From Longimicrobiales bacterium (GTDB taxonomy: Bacteria; Gemmatimonadota; Gemmatimonadetes; Longimicrobiales; Gaopeijiaceae): a stretch of 64,000 bases of DNA. The notes beneath the pieces are model-generated. The model did no database searches. It was not told the origin of the DNA and saw only the letters and a list, made by a program, of their open reading frames with translations. The position numbers were made by a program, and so were the translations under genes. Positions 47,549 to 56,256 of this stretch are shown here, one piece after another. The first letter of the stretch is position 1. Every line of letters begins with the position of its first letter. Location of the stretch: assembly GCA_965198065.1 (NCBI GenBank), contig CBDAON010000004.1, positions 1,824,001 through 1,888,000 of the forward strand, in the 5' to 3' direction.

Positions 47549-47615
47549 ATCGCGAGGCCGCAGCTTCCGCCATCCCACTTGGCGTCCCCACGCCCCTCCC
47601 AAAGCGATCGGGCCC

Positions 47616-48053
47616 CTACTTCTCGAACACGAGGACCGTCGGGCCCTCCTCCTCATATTCCTCCACGGTCACCGTGATCCTTTCCCCGTCGATCACACCG
47701 ATCGTCGTTTCGTCTTCCTCAATGAACGTGATCTGGTTTCCGGAGACGGTGTAGGTTCTCGTGCCGCCCTCCGTCTCCGTCATCACGTTGCCCTCTTCGC
47801 TCGTCCGATACAGAACGGTGCCGGAAAAGGTGTTGTCGGAGAGCAACGTGAGAGAGCCCGAGAGTACCTCCTCCGTGTACCCCGGCTCCTCGTACACGAC
47901 GGCGGGGATCGGGGAGCCGTTGACACTTACCAGCGTGTACGTCCCGGTGATGCCGCCGTCCTGGGTTCCGGTGCCGGCATCGTCGCAGGCGAGGGCGGCC
48001 GAAGCAACGAGCGCGAGGGCGAGTGGAACACGAAGCAGCCTTGGGCGCGCCAT
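47616..48053 (-). CDS. Lipocalin-like lipoprotein
   Basis: Lipobox ALAC, ITGTYTLVSVNG and a beta-barrel-like pattern. Confidence 0.65.
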   Translation of the reverse strand: MARPRLLRVPLALALVASAALACDDAGTGTQDGGITGTYTLVSVNGSPIPAVVYEEPGYTEEVLSGSLTLLSDNTFSGTVLYRTSEEGNVMTETEGGTRTYTVSGNQITFIEEDETTIGVIDGERITVTVEEYEEEGPTVLVFEK

Positions 48054-48210
48054 TGCTTCCTCCGGGCCCGGGGGCAGGTGGGTAGCGGTGACGGGGCGAA
48101 GATCACGCGCCAGCTTCAGGACCGGGCCAACGCAACATGGGAAGACTCGGTGCCCGGGGCCACCTCGATTCCTCGTTACCTAACTCCGTGCTACGGGCAC
48201 CCATTCGGTG

Positions 48211-49410
48211 CTACGGCGCCGACTCCGTACTACGGCTGGAGGAAGGCGGATCATTCTGCGCCGGTGGACCGGCCGCCTCAATTCCACGTGGCCGCGGAGC
48301 CAGCGACAGGCCCGCACCCTCCAGGCCCTTCAGGTAGACATCTCTCTTCGGGTACGGGATCTCGATGCCCTCTCGATCGAAGGTCCCCTTGACCCGCTCC
48401 GTGATTTGGTCGGCCACGATACGCCGGTCTCGCGCGTCCCGAATCCACACCCGGAGCTCGAGGTTCACGGCGGAGTCGCCGAAGGCTCGGACGATCACGA
48501 CGGGGTCGGGGTCGGACTGGACGCCCTCGACGCCCTCGACCGACTCGAGGATGAGCGCCTTCGCGCGGCTCACGTTGGCGTCGTACGCGATGCCGAACGG
48601 GATGCGAAGACGGATGTGCGCCCCCGACGCCGAGTAGTTCACGATGTCCCGGCGCATGATCTCGTTGTTGGGGATAAGGATCACGATGTTGTCTGGGTTC
48701 CGGATCTTCGTGGCGCGCAGGCCTATCTCGATGACGTCACCCCAGCTTCCGGTCTCCCCCGGAGCGGTCCAGAGCTCGATTCGGTCACCTACCCGGAAAG
48801 GACGGTCCATGATGAGGAGGACCCCGGCGATGAGATTCGACAGGGTGTCCTGCGCGGCGAGGGAGACGGCGAGACCCAACACCCCCGCCCCCGCTAAGAG
48901 TGGCGTGATGTTGATCCCCAGGAAGTCCAGCGCCACGAGCACGCCGACGGCCAGGACCACGAACTGCACGATCCGGTTCAGCAGGGGCAAGGCCGTTTCG
49001 TCCAGCGGCGTGATGACGCCCCTGCCCACCCTCCGCTCGATGTATTCGAGCCCCGCGGACACCAGGCCCGCGACCGGGAGCGATAGGGCCGCGATCCAGA
49101 CGGCCCCCACGGTTCGGGCAACTCCAGGCAACTCCCACGCGATGGCGATCCGCCAGCCCGCCCAGAACCAGATCGAGATCAGGAAACCACGACGCACGGC
49201 CTGGAGGATCGCGTCGTCCACCTCCGTGGCCGTCCGCTGAACGAATCCGGACGCCAGGCGCCGGGCGAAGAAGCTCACCCCCTTGTGCGTCACGGCAGCC
49301 AGCAGGAGGATCCCGACACTCACCCCGATCCGGGGAAGCGCAAACGCCCTAGCTCGCTCGAAGAAGGCGGCCACGTCCGCCTGGGTCCATTCGAAGCCGA
49401 AGATCTCCAT
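48211..49410 (-). CDS. Small-conductance mechanosensitive channel MscS family
   Basis: LAAQDTLSNLIAG..DRPFRVGDRI, IGLRATKI, IPN, FGDSAV and GIEIPYP. Confidence 0.92.
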   Translation of the reverse strand: MEIFGFEWTQADVAAFFERARAFALPRIGVSVGILLLAAVTHKGVSFFARRLASGFVQRTATEVDDAILQAVRRGFLISIWFWAGWRIAIAWELPGVARTVGAVWIAALSLPVAGLVSAGLEYIERRVGRGVITPLDETALPLLNRIVQFVVLAVGVLVALDFLGINITPLLAGAGVLGLAVSLAAQDTLSNLIAGVLLIMDRPFRVGDRIELWTAPGETGSWGDVIEIGLRATKIRNPDNIVILIPNNEIMRRDIVNYSASGAHIRLRIPFGIAYDANVSRAKALILESVEGVEGVQSDPDPVVIVRAFGDSAVNLELRVWIRDARDRRIVADQITERVKGTFDREGIEIPYPKRDVYLKGLEGAGLSLAPRPRGIEAAGPPAQNDPPSSSRSTESAP

Positions 49411-49444
49411 CACGACGTCGCGACGTCCCCCCGCGCCCCTCGCT

Positions 49445-49600
49445 CTAGGCCCCGCCCTGCTCCACCAGCCGGGCGGCGATGGAGCACTCTTCCGCCGTGG
49501 TAAAGAACCGGCTCACTGCATCCACTCCGATCACGTACGCCTGCGGATCGCTCGGACCGCCGCACTGGAGCGCACGACGAGTCCAGGTTACTCCGATCAT
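49445..49600 (-). pseudogene. Orphan C-terminal fragment, possibly from an MBL-fold hydrolase
   Basis: ...GGPSDPQAYVIGVDAVSRFFTTAEECSIAARLVEQGGA*. It resembles the terminal helix of subclass-B3-like MBL-fold proteins (pattern recall only). Confidence 0.3.
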
Positions 49601-49659
49601 ACTGCCTTCCGGTGCGCCACACGATCCCGAACGGGTCCCGTCGGACGCCGGGGACGCGG

Positions 49660-50328
49660 TCACCGGAACGAGGCGATCTCTTGGAGCGTCTTCTTCGTGA
49701 TGCTCGGGACGACGGCACCCTCGGCCGGGTAGCCCACGACCAGGAGGAGGAAGGGTCGCTCGTTCTCTGGCCTGTCCAAGATCTCGTTCAGGAAACCCAT
49801 GGGGCTCGGTGTGTGCGTGAGCGTAGCGAGACCGGCCCGGTGAAGCCCCGTGATCAGAACACCCGTGGCAATTCCCACCGACTCTCGCACGTAGTAGCTC
49901 TTGAGCTTCCGCCCCTGTTCGAGCTGGTAGGCCTGGGCGAAGATCGCGATCAGGAGCGGGGCACGTTCCAGGAACTCCTTCTCATCGTGAGTACCCAGCG
50001 GAGCCAGCGCCTCCAGCCACTCCTTGGGCGCCCGGTTCTCGTAGAAGTCGCGCTCCTCCTTCTCGGCCGCCCGGCGTATTCGCCGCTTGACGCCCGGGTC
50101 GCGCACCACCGCGAAGTGCCACGGCTGACGGTTCGCTCCGCTGGGGGCAGAGCCCGCGGCCTCGATGCAGAGCTCGATCACCCGGGCCGGCACCAGCTCG
50201 TCGGAGTAGTGGCGAACGGTACGCCGACGGCGCAAGTCATCACGAAACGCCTTCGCACGCGCGACCATCTCGGCCTCGTCGAGTCGTACGTACGTCGTGA
50301 GCGGCATCGGCCGATAGGAGGAAGTCAT
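49660..50328 (-). CDS. Nitroreductase superfamily protein, iodotyrosine deiodinase-like
   Basis: [17 protein letters not shown], lid [24 protein letters not shown] and LTHTP. Confidence 0.88.
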   Translation of the reverse strand: MTSSYRPMPLTTYVRLDEAEMVARAKAFRDDLRRRRTVRHYSDELVPARVIELCIEAAGSAPSGANRQPWHFAVVRDPGVKRRIRRAAEKEERDFYENRAPKEWLEALAPLGTHDEKEFLERAPLLIAIFAQAYQLEQGRKLKSYYVRESVGIATGVLITGLHRAGLATLTHTPSPMGFLNEILDRPENERPFLLLVVGYPAEGAVVPSITKKTLQEIASFR

Positions 50329-50447
50329 CGCCTGATACGCGGGTCGAAGTCCGTGGGGCAGGGTCACATTCAGGTCACGTCCGGTATCTAGGCGATGCCG
50401 GATCTCGATGCCAGGGAGGCCGATCCCAGCGATGTGGGCACAGACCC

Positions 50448-50484
50448 TCCGTGATAGCTTCCCGTGTACTGATACTGGTCGGAG
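50448..50484 (-). repeat. 37-bp exact inverted copy of cyclase gene segment 63680-63716
   Basis: The reverse complement is ctccgaccagtatcagtacacgggaagctatcacgga, identical to 63680-63716. Confidence 0.92.
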
Positions 50485-50660
50485 CCCCCCCCCGATCCCG
50501 GATCGAGCGTCGCGGCCCACCGGCGTGAGACGCCGAGCGGAGCGCGGCGGCCGGTGTCATCCCCGTCCCTGGAACCAGGGGACTTGAGAGGCTTCCAAAG
50601 AGGCGGTACTGTGACGCGAGCCGTCGAGCGCTTGTCATACCCGGTCAAAGGAGCCTTCCC

Positions 50661-51305
50661 ATGAGACGCCCCGTTCGGTTCCTGTTCCTTATCACGCTGC
50701 TGGTCATAACCAGGCTCAGCGCCTCGGCGCATCTGGCGCCGAATGCGAGCGCCGAGCACTTCAGGCTCCTCGAGCCCACCTCATGGCTCGTCGAGAGCCC
50801 CCGCGGCGATCCCCAGAAGGCGGGTCCGTGCGGTGGCTCCAATTCCGACTGGGGCGAGCCGACCTACGTCGTCAATCAGGCGGTCGGCGGGGAAACGCTC
50901 ACGATCCGAGTCGAGGAGACCATCTACCATCCGGGGCACTACAGAGTGGCGCTCGCGGTAAACTCGCCCACTGAGCTGCCGCCCGATCCGGAGACCACCA
51001 CGCGAGACAGCGAGAGGGGACCCTGGTCGGTCTCGGCCGTCATTGAGGATTCGCCGCAGCCCCCGGTCCTCGCCGACGGCCTGTTCGAGCACTACGAGCG
51101 GCCGGCCGAGGGGATGAACCTCTTCGAGACCGACGTGCGGCTCCCGAACATCAACTGCGAGAGGTGCACGTTGCAGGTCGTGCAGTGGATGGCCGAGCAC
51201 GCCTTCAACAATCCGGGCGGGTACACGTACCACCACTGCGCGGATATGCAGATTACCGCGGACCCGGCGCAGCCGCTCGACACGGGGTGGCCGGCGCAGC
51301 GATAG
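50661..51305 (+). CDS. SCE4755-family polysaccharide monooxygenase-like (His-brace type) exported protein
   Basis: Signal peptide, HFRLLEP, QKAGPCGG, ETIYHPGHYRVAL, LPNINCERCTLQVVQWM and YHHCAD. Confidence 0.75.
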   Translation: MRRPVRFLFLITLLVITRLSASAHLAPNASAEHFRLLEPTSWLVESPRGDPQKAGPCGGSNSDWGEPTYVVNQAVGGETLTIRVEETIYHPGHYRVALAVNSPTELPPDPETTTRDSERGPWSVSAVIEDSPQPPVLADGLFEHYERPAEGMNLFETDVRLPNINCERCTLQVVQWMAEHAFNNPGGYTYHHCADMQITADPAQPLDTGWPAQR

Positions 51306-51378
51306 CCCCGAGCCCGGCTCAGGGACGGGCTTTCCGGACCCGGCAAGGCAGTCGGGCCGTCAGACGGGCAGATGAGAG

Positions 51379-51411
51379 GTAGGGCTCAGGAGCCAGGCTC
51401 CTGAGCCCTAC
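51379..51411. terminator. Perfect 16-bp inverted repeat between convergent genes, followed by a 10-bp tandem repeat
   Basis: gtagggctcaggagcc-a-ggctcctgagccctac, then (ctctctactt)x2. Confidence 0.6.
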
Positions 51412-51467
51412 TCTCTACTTCTCTCTACTTCCAGCGAGCTTCGAGCCGCCTCGAAACCCCGGCCCGT

Positions 51468-51914
51468 TCAGGGATTGATCAGCGGAAGGCCGGCTTCGCC
51501 CCAGGCCCTGAATCCACCGACCAGGTTGTAGATCCTGGTGTATCCGAGCTCCGCGAGCTCCGTGGAAGCCTGTCTGCTCATGCCCCCGGATCGACAATAG
51601 AGGACCACGGGCGCGTCCCTGTCGGCCGGAAGCCGATCGAGTTGCTCGGCTATCTGGTCGAACGGGATCGAGAGATCCGTGTCAGGGAGGTCACCCTGGA
51701 AGGGGATGTGGACGTTCACGAGAGGAAAGTCCTTGTCGGCCAGCATCTCCCGCAGCTGGGGGACCGTGATGTTCCAGTAGGCCCCGCCCTGCACGGGCAC
51801 CCGCTCGCCGCCGGCCGGCTCGGTCGCGTCCGCGGCCTGCCCGAGAGCGGGCGCGGGGAGGATCAGCAGGGCCAAGAGCAACGGGAGACGTGACAGCGTC
51901 GAGCGCACGTTCAT
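51468..51914 (-). CDS. Exported rhodanese-like domain protein
   Basis: Signal peptide, VVLYCRSGGMS active loop and YNLVGGFRAW. Confidence 0.85.
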   Translation of the reverse strand: MNVRSTLSRLPLLLALLILPAPALGQAADATEPAGGERVPVQGGAYWNITVPQLREMLADKDFPLVNVHIPFQGDLPDTDLSIPFDQIAEQLDRLPADRDAPVVLYCRSGGMSRQASTELAELGYTRIYNLVGGFRAWGEAGLPLINP

Positions 51915-52309
51915 GTCAGTCGGCACCGGTTCGAGGAATGATGTAGGGGAAGGTAGTCTCGACGAGGATCCCGGGCCAAGTCGACGAGGCCGGGCGGACG
52001 AGAGTGCTTCACGCTGAACGTCATGCCGCGCTGAGGTATCTTGATGAAGCGCGATATTCTCAGCGCCGACAACTTGCGAGGCATCCTCGCCTACGGGTTC
52101 CCACCACCTCCCGTAAGGGTTCGGGGGAGAGGGGCTTTCCAGTCAGGAACCAATGATTTCGCTCTGCCGTTCGATAACGCGAGCCAGCTCTTCTTAGGAT
52201 GCTCGAGCAGTCCCGCCGCTCCGGAGACGCTTGCTCGGACAACAGCCAGTCCCTAGCGTCCGATCCGCCTCACCAGACCGCCCGCGCCCGCCCGAACACC
52301 GAATCGGAG

Positions 52310-52596
52310 AAAGGGATCCCCTTGCGACTCGTCGCGACGCGAACTCCGCAGTATTGGATCCGTGGACGGCCGTGCATCTCTCCGCCGGGCTCGCGCTCGG
52401 ACTGATGGACATTCCGCTCGGTCGTTCCCTCGCGGCCGCCGTCCTTTGCGAGGCGGCGGAGCAGGTCGTCGAGCGAGACGAAAGGGGTCAGCGTCTCTTC
52501 CGGACCCAGCGGCCGGAAATCCCCCTCAACGCGGTGGTCGATGTGGCGGTCTTCGCTCTCGGTCACCGGCTCGGGTCCGCCTAGAACCGCAGCTGA
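52310..52596 (+). pseudogene. Small membrane protein (DPW..H motif), no clear start, probable TGG>TAG premature stop
   Basis: LATRRDANSAVLDPWTAVHLSAGLALGL...EAAEQ...NAVVDVAVFALGHRLGSA*NRS*. Confidence 0.45.
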
Positions 52597-52689
52597 CCGG
52601 GCGGGCTTCGGTACCTTGGCCGGACGCCTTCGGCCTGCTGCACGCGGCCTGGCGACAGGGCGCCCCCGGTGCCTAGCGAGCCCCTCCGC

Positions 52690-52925
52690 GGGTGAGCAGC
52701 GTCGCGACAGGGACGACCCGGCAGCCGTGAGCGAATCTCCCGCTCGAGCAGGTAGCCGATCATCCCCTCCGTCTCCGCGCCCAGCACGTCCAGCGGCTCC
52801 CCGTCGCCTCTGCCTGAAGCGCGAGGCGGCCTACCTGAGGGCCGTTCCCGTGCGTCAGCACCAGGGAGTGATGGGCCAGAGCCGCCACGAGGTCCGCAGC
52901 CACGCCGACCTTCCGGAGCTGGGTC
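52690..52925 (-). pseudogene. arcC: Carbamate kinase internal fragment (frameshifted)
   Basis: LVLTHGNGPQVGRLALQ in one frame, PLDVLGAETEGMIGYLLEREI in the next, then VATLLT. Confidence 0.8.
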
Positions 52926-53125
52926 TCCCGCTCCGCGACATGTGTGGTTCGTTCCCGAAGTGGGTACCCGCTTCTCTCGGCCGTGCACCGGCCCGGGTTG
53001 AGGCAAGAGGCGTGCCCTTGGACGCGCGCTCACGGGGGCATGCCAATTGAGGATCGAACGCTCAGATTGCAAGATAGCTTGGCATGTGGTGAGTCCACCT
53101 CTTCCACGGCAGCAGGAGGGACGCT

Positions 53126-53746
53126 CTGAATCCTCCGCGGTCCTCCGCTCCCAAGCGCTACGATCGCGCCTATTTCGACCGCTGGTACCGTGGTCCGGAG
53201 TATTCGATCGGCACTCAGGCGGCCCTCCGCCAAAGCGTCGCGCTTGCCGTGGCGGCGGCTGAGTCCGTGCTGGCCCGCCCTCTGAGGAGCGTGCTCGACG
53301 TGGGCTGCGGGGAGGGTCGATGGCAGCCGGTGCTCCGGAGGCTGAGGCCTAGGGCCGTATACCTGGGCATCGACTCTAGCGAGTACGCGGTCGAGCGGTT
53401 CGGGGCCCACCGGAGCCTCCGCCTCGGCACATTTGAAGAGCTCCACCTTCATGTGTTCGATCGCCCCTTCGACCTCGTCGTCTGCTCGGACGTCCTGCAC
53501 TACCTAACCCCGAAGCAGATCTGGAGCGGGCTGGACGCACTCGTCGAGAACATTGGAGGCGTTGCGTTCCTCAGGGTGCTCACCACGGCCGACGAGATCG
53601 AGGGGGACGAGGTCGAGTTCTACCGGCGGTCGCCCTCGTGGTATCGGGAGACGTTCCGGAAGGCGGAGCTTCGGCCAATCGGCCTCCAGATGTACGTCCC
53701 GGACGAGGTCGCGCGGGAGCTGGAGGCGATGGAGTTGGGGGGGTGA
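53126..53746 (+). CDS. Class I SAM-dependent methyltransferase
   Basis: KRYDRAYFDRWYR, VLDVGCGEG and FDLVVCSDVLHYL. The probable non-canonical CTG start follows an AGGAGG RBS. Confidence 0.85.
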   Translation: MNPPRSSAPKRYDRAYFDRWYRGPEYSIGTQAALRQSVALAVAAAESVLARPLRSVLDVGCGEGRWQPVLRRLRPRAVYLGIDSSEYAVERFGAHRSLRLGTFEELHLHVFDRPFDLVVCSDVLHYLTPKQIWSGLDALVENIGGVAFLRVLTTADEIEGDEVEFYRRSPSWYRETFRKAELRPIGLQMYVPDEVARELEAMELGG

Positions 53747-53868
53747 GCGAGGAGGCCGCCCGGTTGACGCGGGCCGGATCGCGACCATCACTCTAACTGG
53801 TCGTCGCGCTCGGCCTGGTGGGCACGGCCCCCCGGTCTGGGCGCTCTTCTGAGGAAAGGAGGGTTTCG

Positions 53869-54294
53869 TTGAAGAGACAAAAGCTGATCGAGCGCCTTAA
53901 CGGGGATCTCGCCGGCGAGTACGGCGCGATCATCCAGTACTCGACCTACGCCGCGATGGCCACGGGCCCGTACCGGCCGCAACTCACGCAGTTCTTCCTT
54001 GCCGAGATCGCGGACGAGCAGGGTCACGCCCAGTTCCTCGCGAACAAGATCGTAGCGCTGGGTGGGGAGCCGACCACAGTGCCGAGGAGCGTGCCGGCCG
54101 CGCCCAGGAACCGGGAGATGCTGGAAGCCGTGCTCGAGGCTGAGCGGAGAGCCGTCGCCGATTACACCGAGCGCGCCAAGGAAGCGGAGGCGTTCGGGGA
54201 CAAGGGCCTGGTCGTTCAGCTCGAGGACATGGTGCGGGACGAGAGCGCCCATGCGGAGGAGACGGAGCGAATCCTTCGCGACTGGCCGCTCTGA
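53869..54294 (+). CDS. Ferritin-like (bacterioferritin-related) protein
   Basis: GEYGAIIQY, DEQGHA, EAE..A...Y and DESAH ferroxidase-type ligands; TTG start after AAGGAGG. Confidence 0.85.
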   Translation: MKRQKLIERLNGDLAGEYGAIIQYSTYAAMATGPYRPQLTQFFLAEIADEQGHAQFLANKIVALGGEPTTVPRSVPAAPRNREMLEAVLEAERRAVADYTERAKEAEAFGDKGLVVQLEDMVRDESAHAEETERILRDWPL

Positions 54295-54374
54295 TCCGGC
54301 CCGGTCATCCGGCCGCCCTCGCGTCGACCGGTTGTTATCGGCCGTTGGCTCGTGCCCTCGAGAGAGTTACCGCT

Positions 54375-55244
54375 CTAGGCAGAAGTCACCATCTCGTCGA
54401 AGTAGTCTGACAACGTCCGAGTGCCTCGAGCTGGCACAACAAGGTCACGCACGGACACATCGGCATAGAACGCAGTGATGTCTCCCACCCTGGGGTTGAA
54501 CGGTTTGATAATTCTGGCTCCGAGTCTGACCAGCCCTGGTGGGATGCGGCGCACTTTCAAAGGTCGCCCAAGCGCCTCCAGCGCGAGTTCAGCAATCCTC
54601 CGGCGCGTTAGCACTTCGGGGCCTCCTGCGAGCACTTCACGTCCAGCTCCTTCGATCGCATAGACACAGACCTCGGCAAGGTCTACATCGGCGATCGGGT
54701 TCGTCTTCGCAGCCCCATCCCCGATGATTGGTACCGGGCCCCTCCGAGCATACTGCATGAACTCCCCGAAGGCGGAGAGGAACCCAGGGGGCCGCACCAC
54801 GGAGTGGTCGATATTGGCTGCGGCGAGTTTTCGCACTACGGCCTCATGTGCTGCTATGTACCGGAGGTGGCCCAGTGCCTCATGGCCCGCAACGCTGACG
54901 TACACGAAGCGGGTCACTCCCGCCCGAACCGCCGAGTCGATCAGGTTGAAGTTCGCAGGCGTATCGACTTGGTCGTACGAGCGACGACCAGCGGCCATGT
55001 TCGGGGACACGCTGGCGCCAAGGCACGAAAAGACGACATCAACCCCGCTGCATGCTTCGTTGGTCACAGACGGATCGAGGGCGTCACCGTGGCAGACCTC
55101 GACGTGGCCCATGACAGCTTGAGGCAGGTCCGAGCGATGGACCAAGGCGGTCACTGCGTGTCCGCGACCGAGCAGGGCCCGAAGGACGTACTGACCCAAT
55201 GCACCCGCGGCACCTGCCACCAGAGTTCGACCTGATGTGACCAC
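54375..55244 (-). CDS. NAD(P)H-binding atypical SDR (NmrA-like) oxidoreductase
   Basis: VAGAAGALG, HGDALD, VFSCLG, RFVYVS and NPIADVDLA. Confidence 0.85.
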   Translation of the reverse strand: MVTSGRTLVAGAAGALGQYVLRALLGRGHAVTALVHRSDLPQAVMGHVEVCHGDALDPSVTNEACSGVDVVFSCLGASVSPNMAAGRRSYDQVDTPANFNLIDSAVRAGVTRFVYVSVAGHEALGHLRYIAAHEAVVRKLAAANIDHSVVRPPGFLSAFGEFMQYARRGPVPIIGDGAAKTNPIADVDLAEVCVYAIEGAGREVLAGGPEVLTRRRIAELALEALGRPLKVRRIPPGLVRLGARIIKPFNPRVGDITAFYADVSVRDLVVPARGTRTLSDYFDEMVTSA

Positions 55245-55311
55245 CTGTCAGAGCAATACGAACGGCAGCGCGAGGGCGAATTCGAGTACGACGAAAGGAG
55301 CCGGCATGGCC

Positions 55312-55851
55312 TCAGAGCCAGCGACGTACCCGACGCTTGTAGGCCAGGTAGTCCTCGCCGAACTTCCGTTCCAGGTACTCCTCTTCAGGCAGGATCACGA
55401 GTTGCTGCAGGACCCACCAACAAATCGGGGTGAGCAGGAGGATCCAAGGGTTCATGAGAAGAATCGCGAAGCCGAGGCAGGCGAGAATCATCTGCAGATA
55501 CATAGGGTTGCGTGTGAAACGATAAGGCCCGTGCTCGATGATTCTCTTGGTGGGGTCCCACGGCTTCTCGCTCTCACCCGCCCTGCGAAACAGCAGAACG
55601 GACCATAGGCCCACCCCGAAGATCGACCCACATATCACGATTCCTCCGACCCAGTAGCGTACCGAAGGGGAAACCCCGAGCCCGACGTCGAGGGGCCAAA
55701 GGTAGTCGAGCAGAACGCCCAGCAGGATCGTGGCCAGCGGAACCCCGGGCGGGAACACCTTCACCGCGGCAGCGTCCCTTGTCCCGGGCGCCTCCGTCTC
55801 CCCTCCAGGCGATTCCCCCTCGCGCCCAGATGGGCTCTGCCTAGTCGGCAT
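55312..55851 (-). CDS. Isoprenylcysteine carboxyl methyltransferase (ICMT/PEMT-like) family membrane protein
   Basis: GPYRFTRNPMY and EEEYLERKFGEDY..YKRRVRRWL. Confidence 0.88.
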   Translation of the reverse strand: MPTRQSPSGREGESPGGETEAPGTRDAAAVKVFPPGVPLATILLGVLLDYLWPLDVGLGVSPSVRYWVGGIVICGSIFGVGLWSVLLFRRAGESEKPWDPTKRIIEHGPYRFTRNPMYLQMILACLGFAILLMNPWILLLTPICWWVLQQLVILPEEEYLERKFGEDYLAYKRRVRRWL

Positions 55852-55887
55852 TCTCGACTCCAGCGAATCCCAGTCCGCGCCTGAAGG

Positions 55888-56109
55888 TCAACACAAAGAG
55901 GCCTTCCCAACGCTGCTAGACTTTCGATACGAACGGCGCAGAAACCAGACTAATGGAACACCTACAATAGTGCTGTAGAGTGCCCCCAAAATGCCAACAT
56001 CTTTGGCGTAAGTGGCGAGGAGCCAAACGCCACCGCCCACCCGGAGCGGGTCAGTGTCTGTCAAACCATGATAGGCAAAAAGCGCCGGGGAACTGGCAGC
56101 GCCCACCAA
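55888..56109 (-). CDS. Small hydrophobic hypothetical protein or fragment (AT-richer)
   Basis: 73-aa ORF with a TM-like segment VGILGALYSTIVGVPLVWFL; atypical base composition. Confidence 0.3.
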   Translation of the reverse strand: MVGAASSPALFAYHGLTDTDPLRVGGGVWLLATYAKDVGILGALYSTIVGVPLVWFLRRSYRKSSSVGKASLC

Positions 56110-56211
56110 AATGCCCGCTTCGTGTGCCTCCTCAGGGGTGCACCCACTTCGTCATAGCTTTCGGGCACTCATCTCGTGTCCCAGAGTCCCAACACTCGTC
56201 CGACTTCGGTA

Positions 56212-56256
56212 GCGCGCCCGACAGGATTCGAACCTGTGACCTTCGGCTCCGGAAGC
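56212..56256 (-). tRNA. 3' half of tRNA-Arg(CCG), att-like fragment, not a functional tRNA
   Basis: gc-ttCCGga-gccga-aggtc-acagg-TTCGAAT-cctgt-cgggcgc-g: anticodon loop, variable region, T-arm and 3' acceptor strand. The 5' half is absent. Confidence 0.88.

Noticed and set aside
52041..52256. 71-aa ORF as a real gene
   Set aside because: No RBS or recognisable motif, and it lies in a degraded region among pseudogene scraps.
54294..56210. Integron cassette array in the AT-richer segment
   Set aside because: No convincing paired RYYYAAC/GTTRRRY attC structures between the ORFs and no intI.
56212..56256. Functional tRNA-Arg gene
   Set aside because: The 5' acceptor strand, D-arm and 5' anticodon stem are missing.
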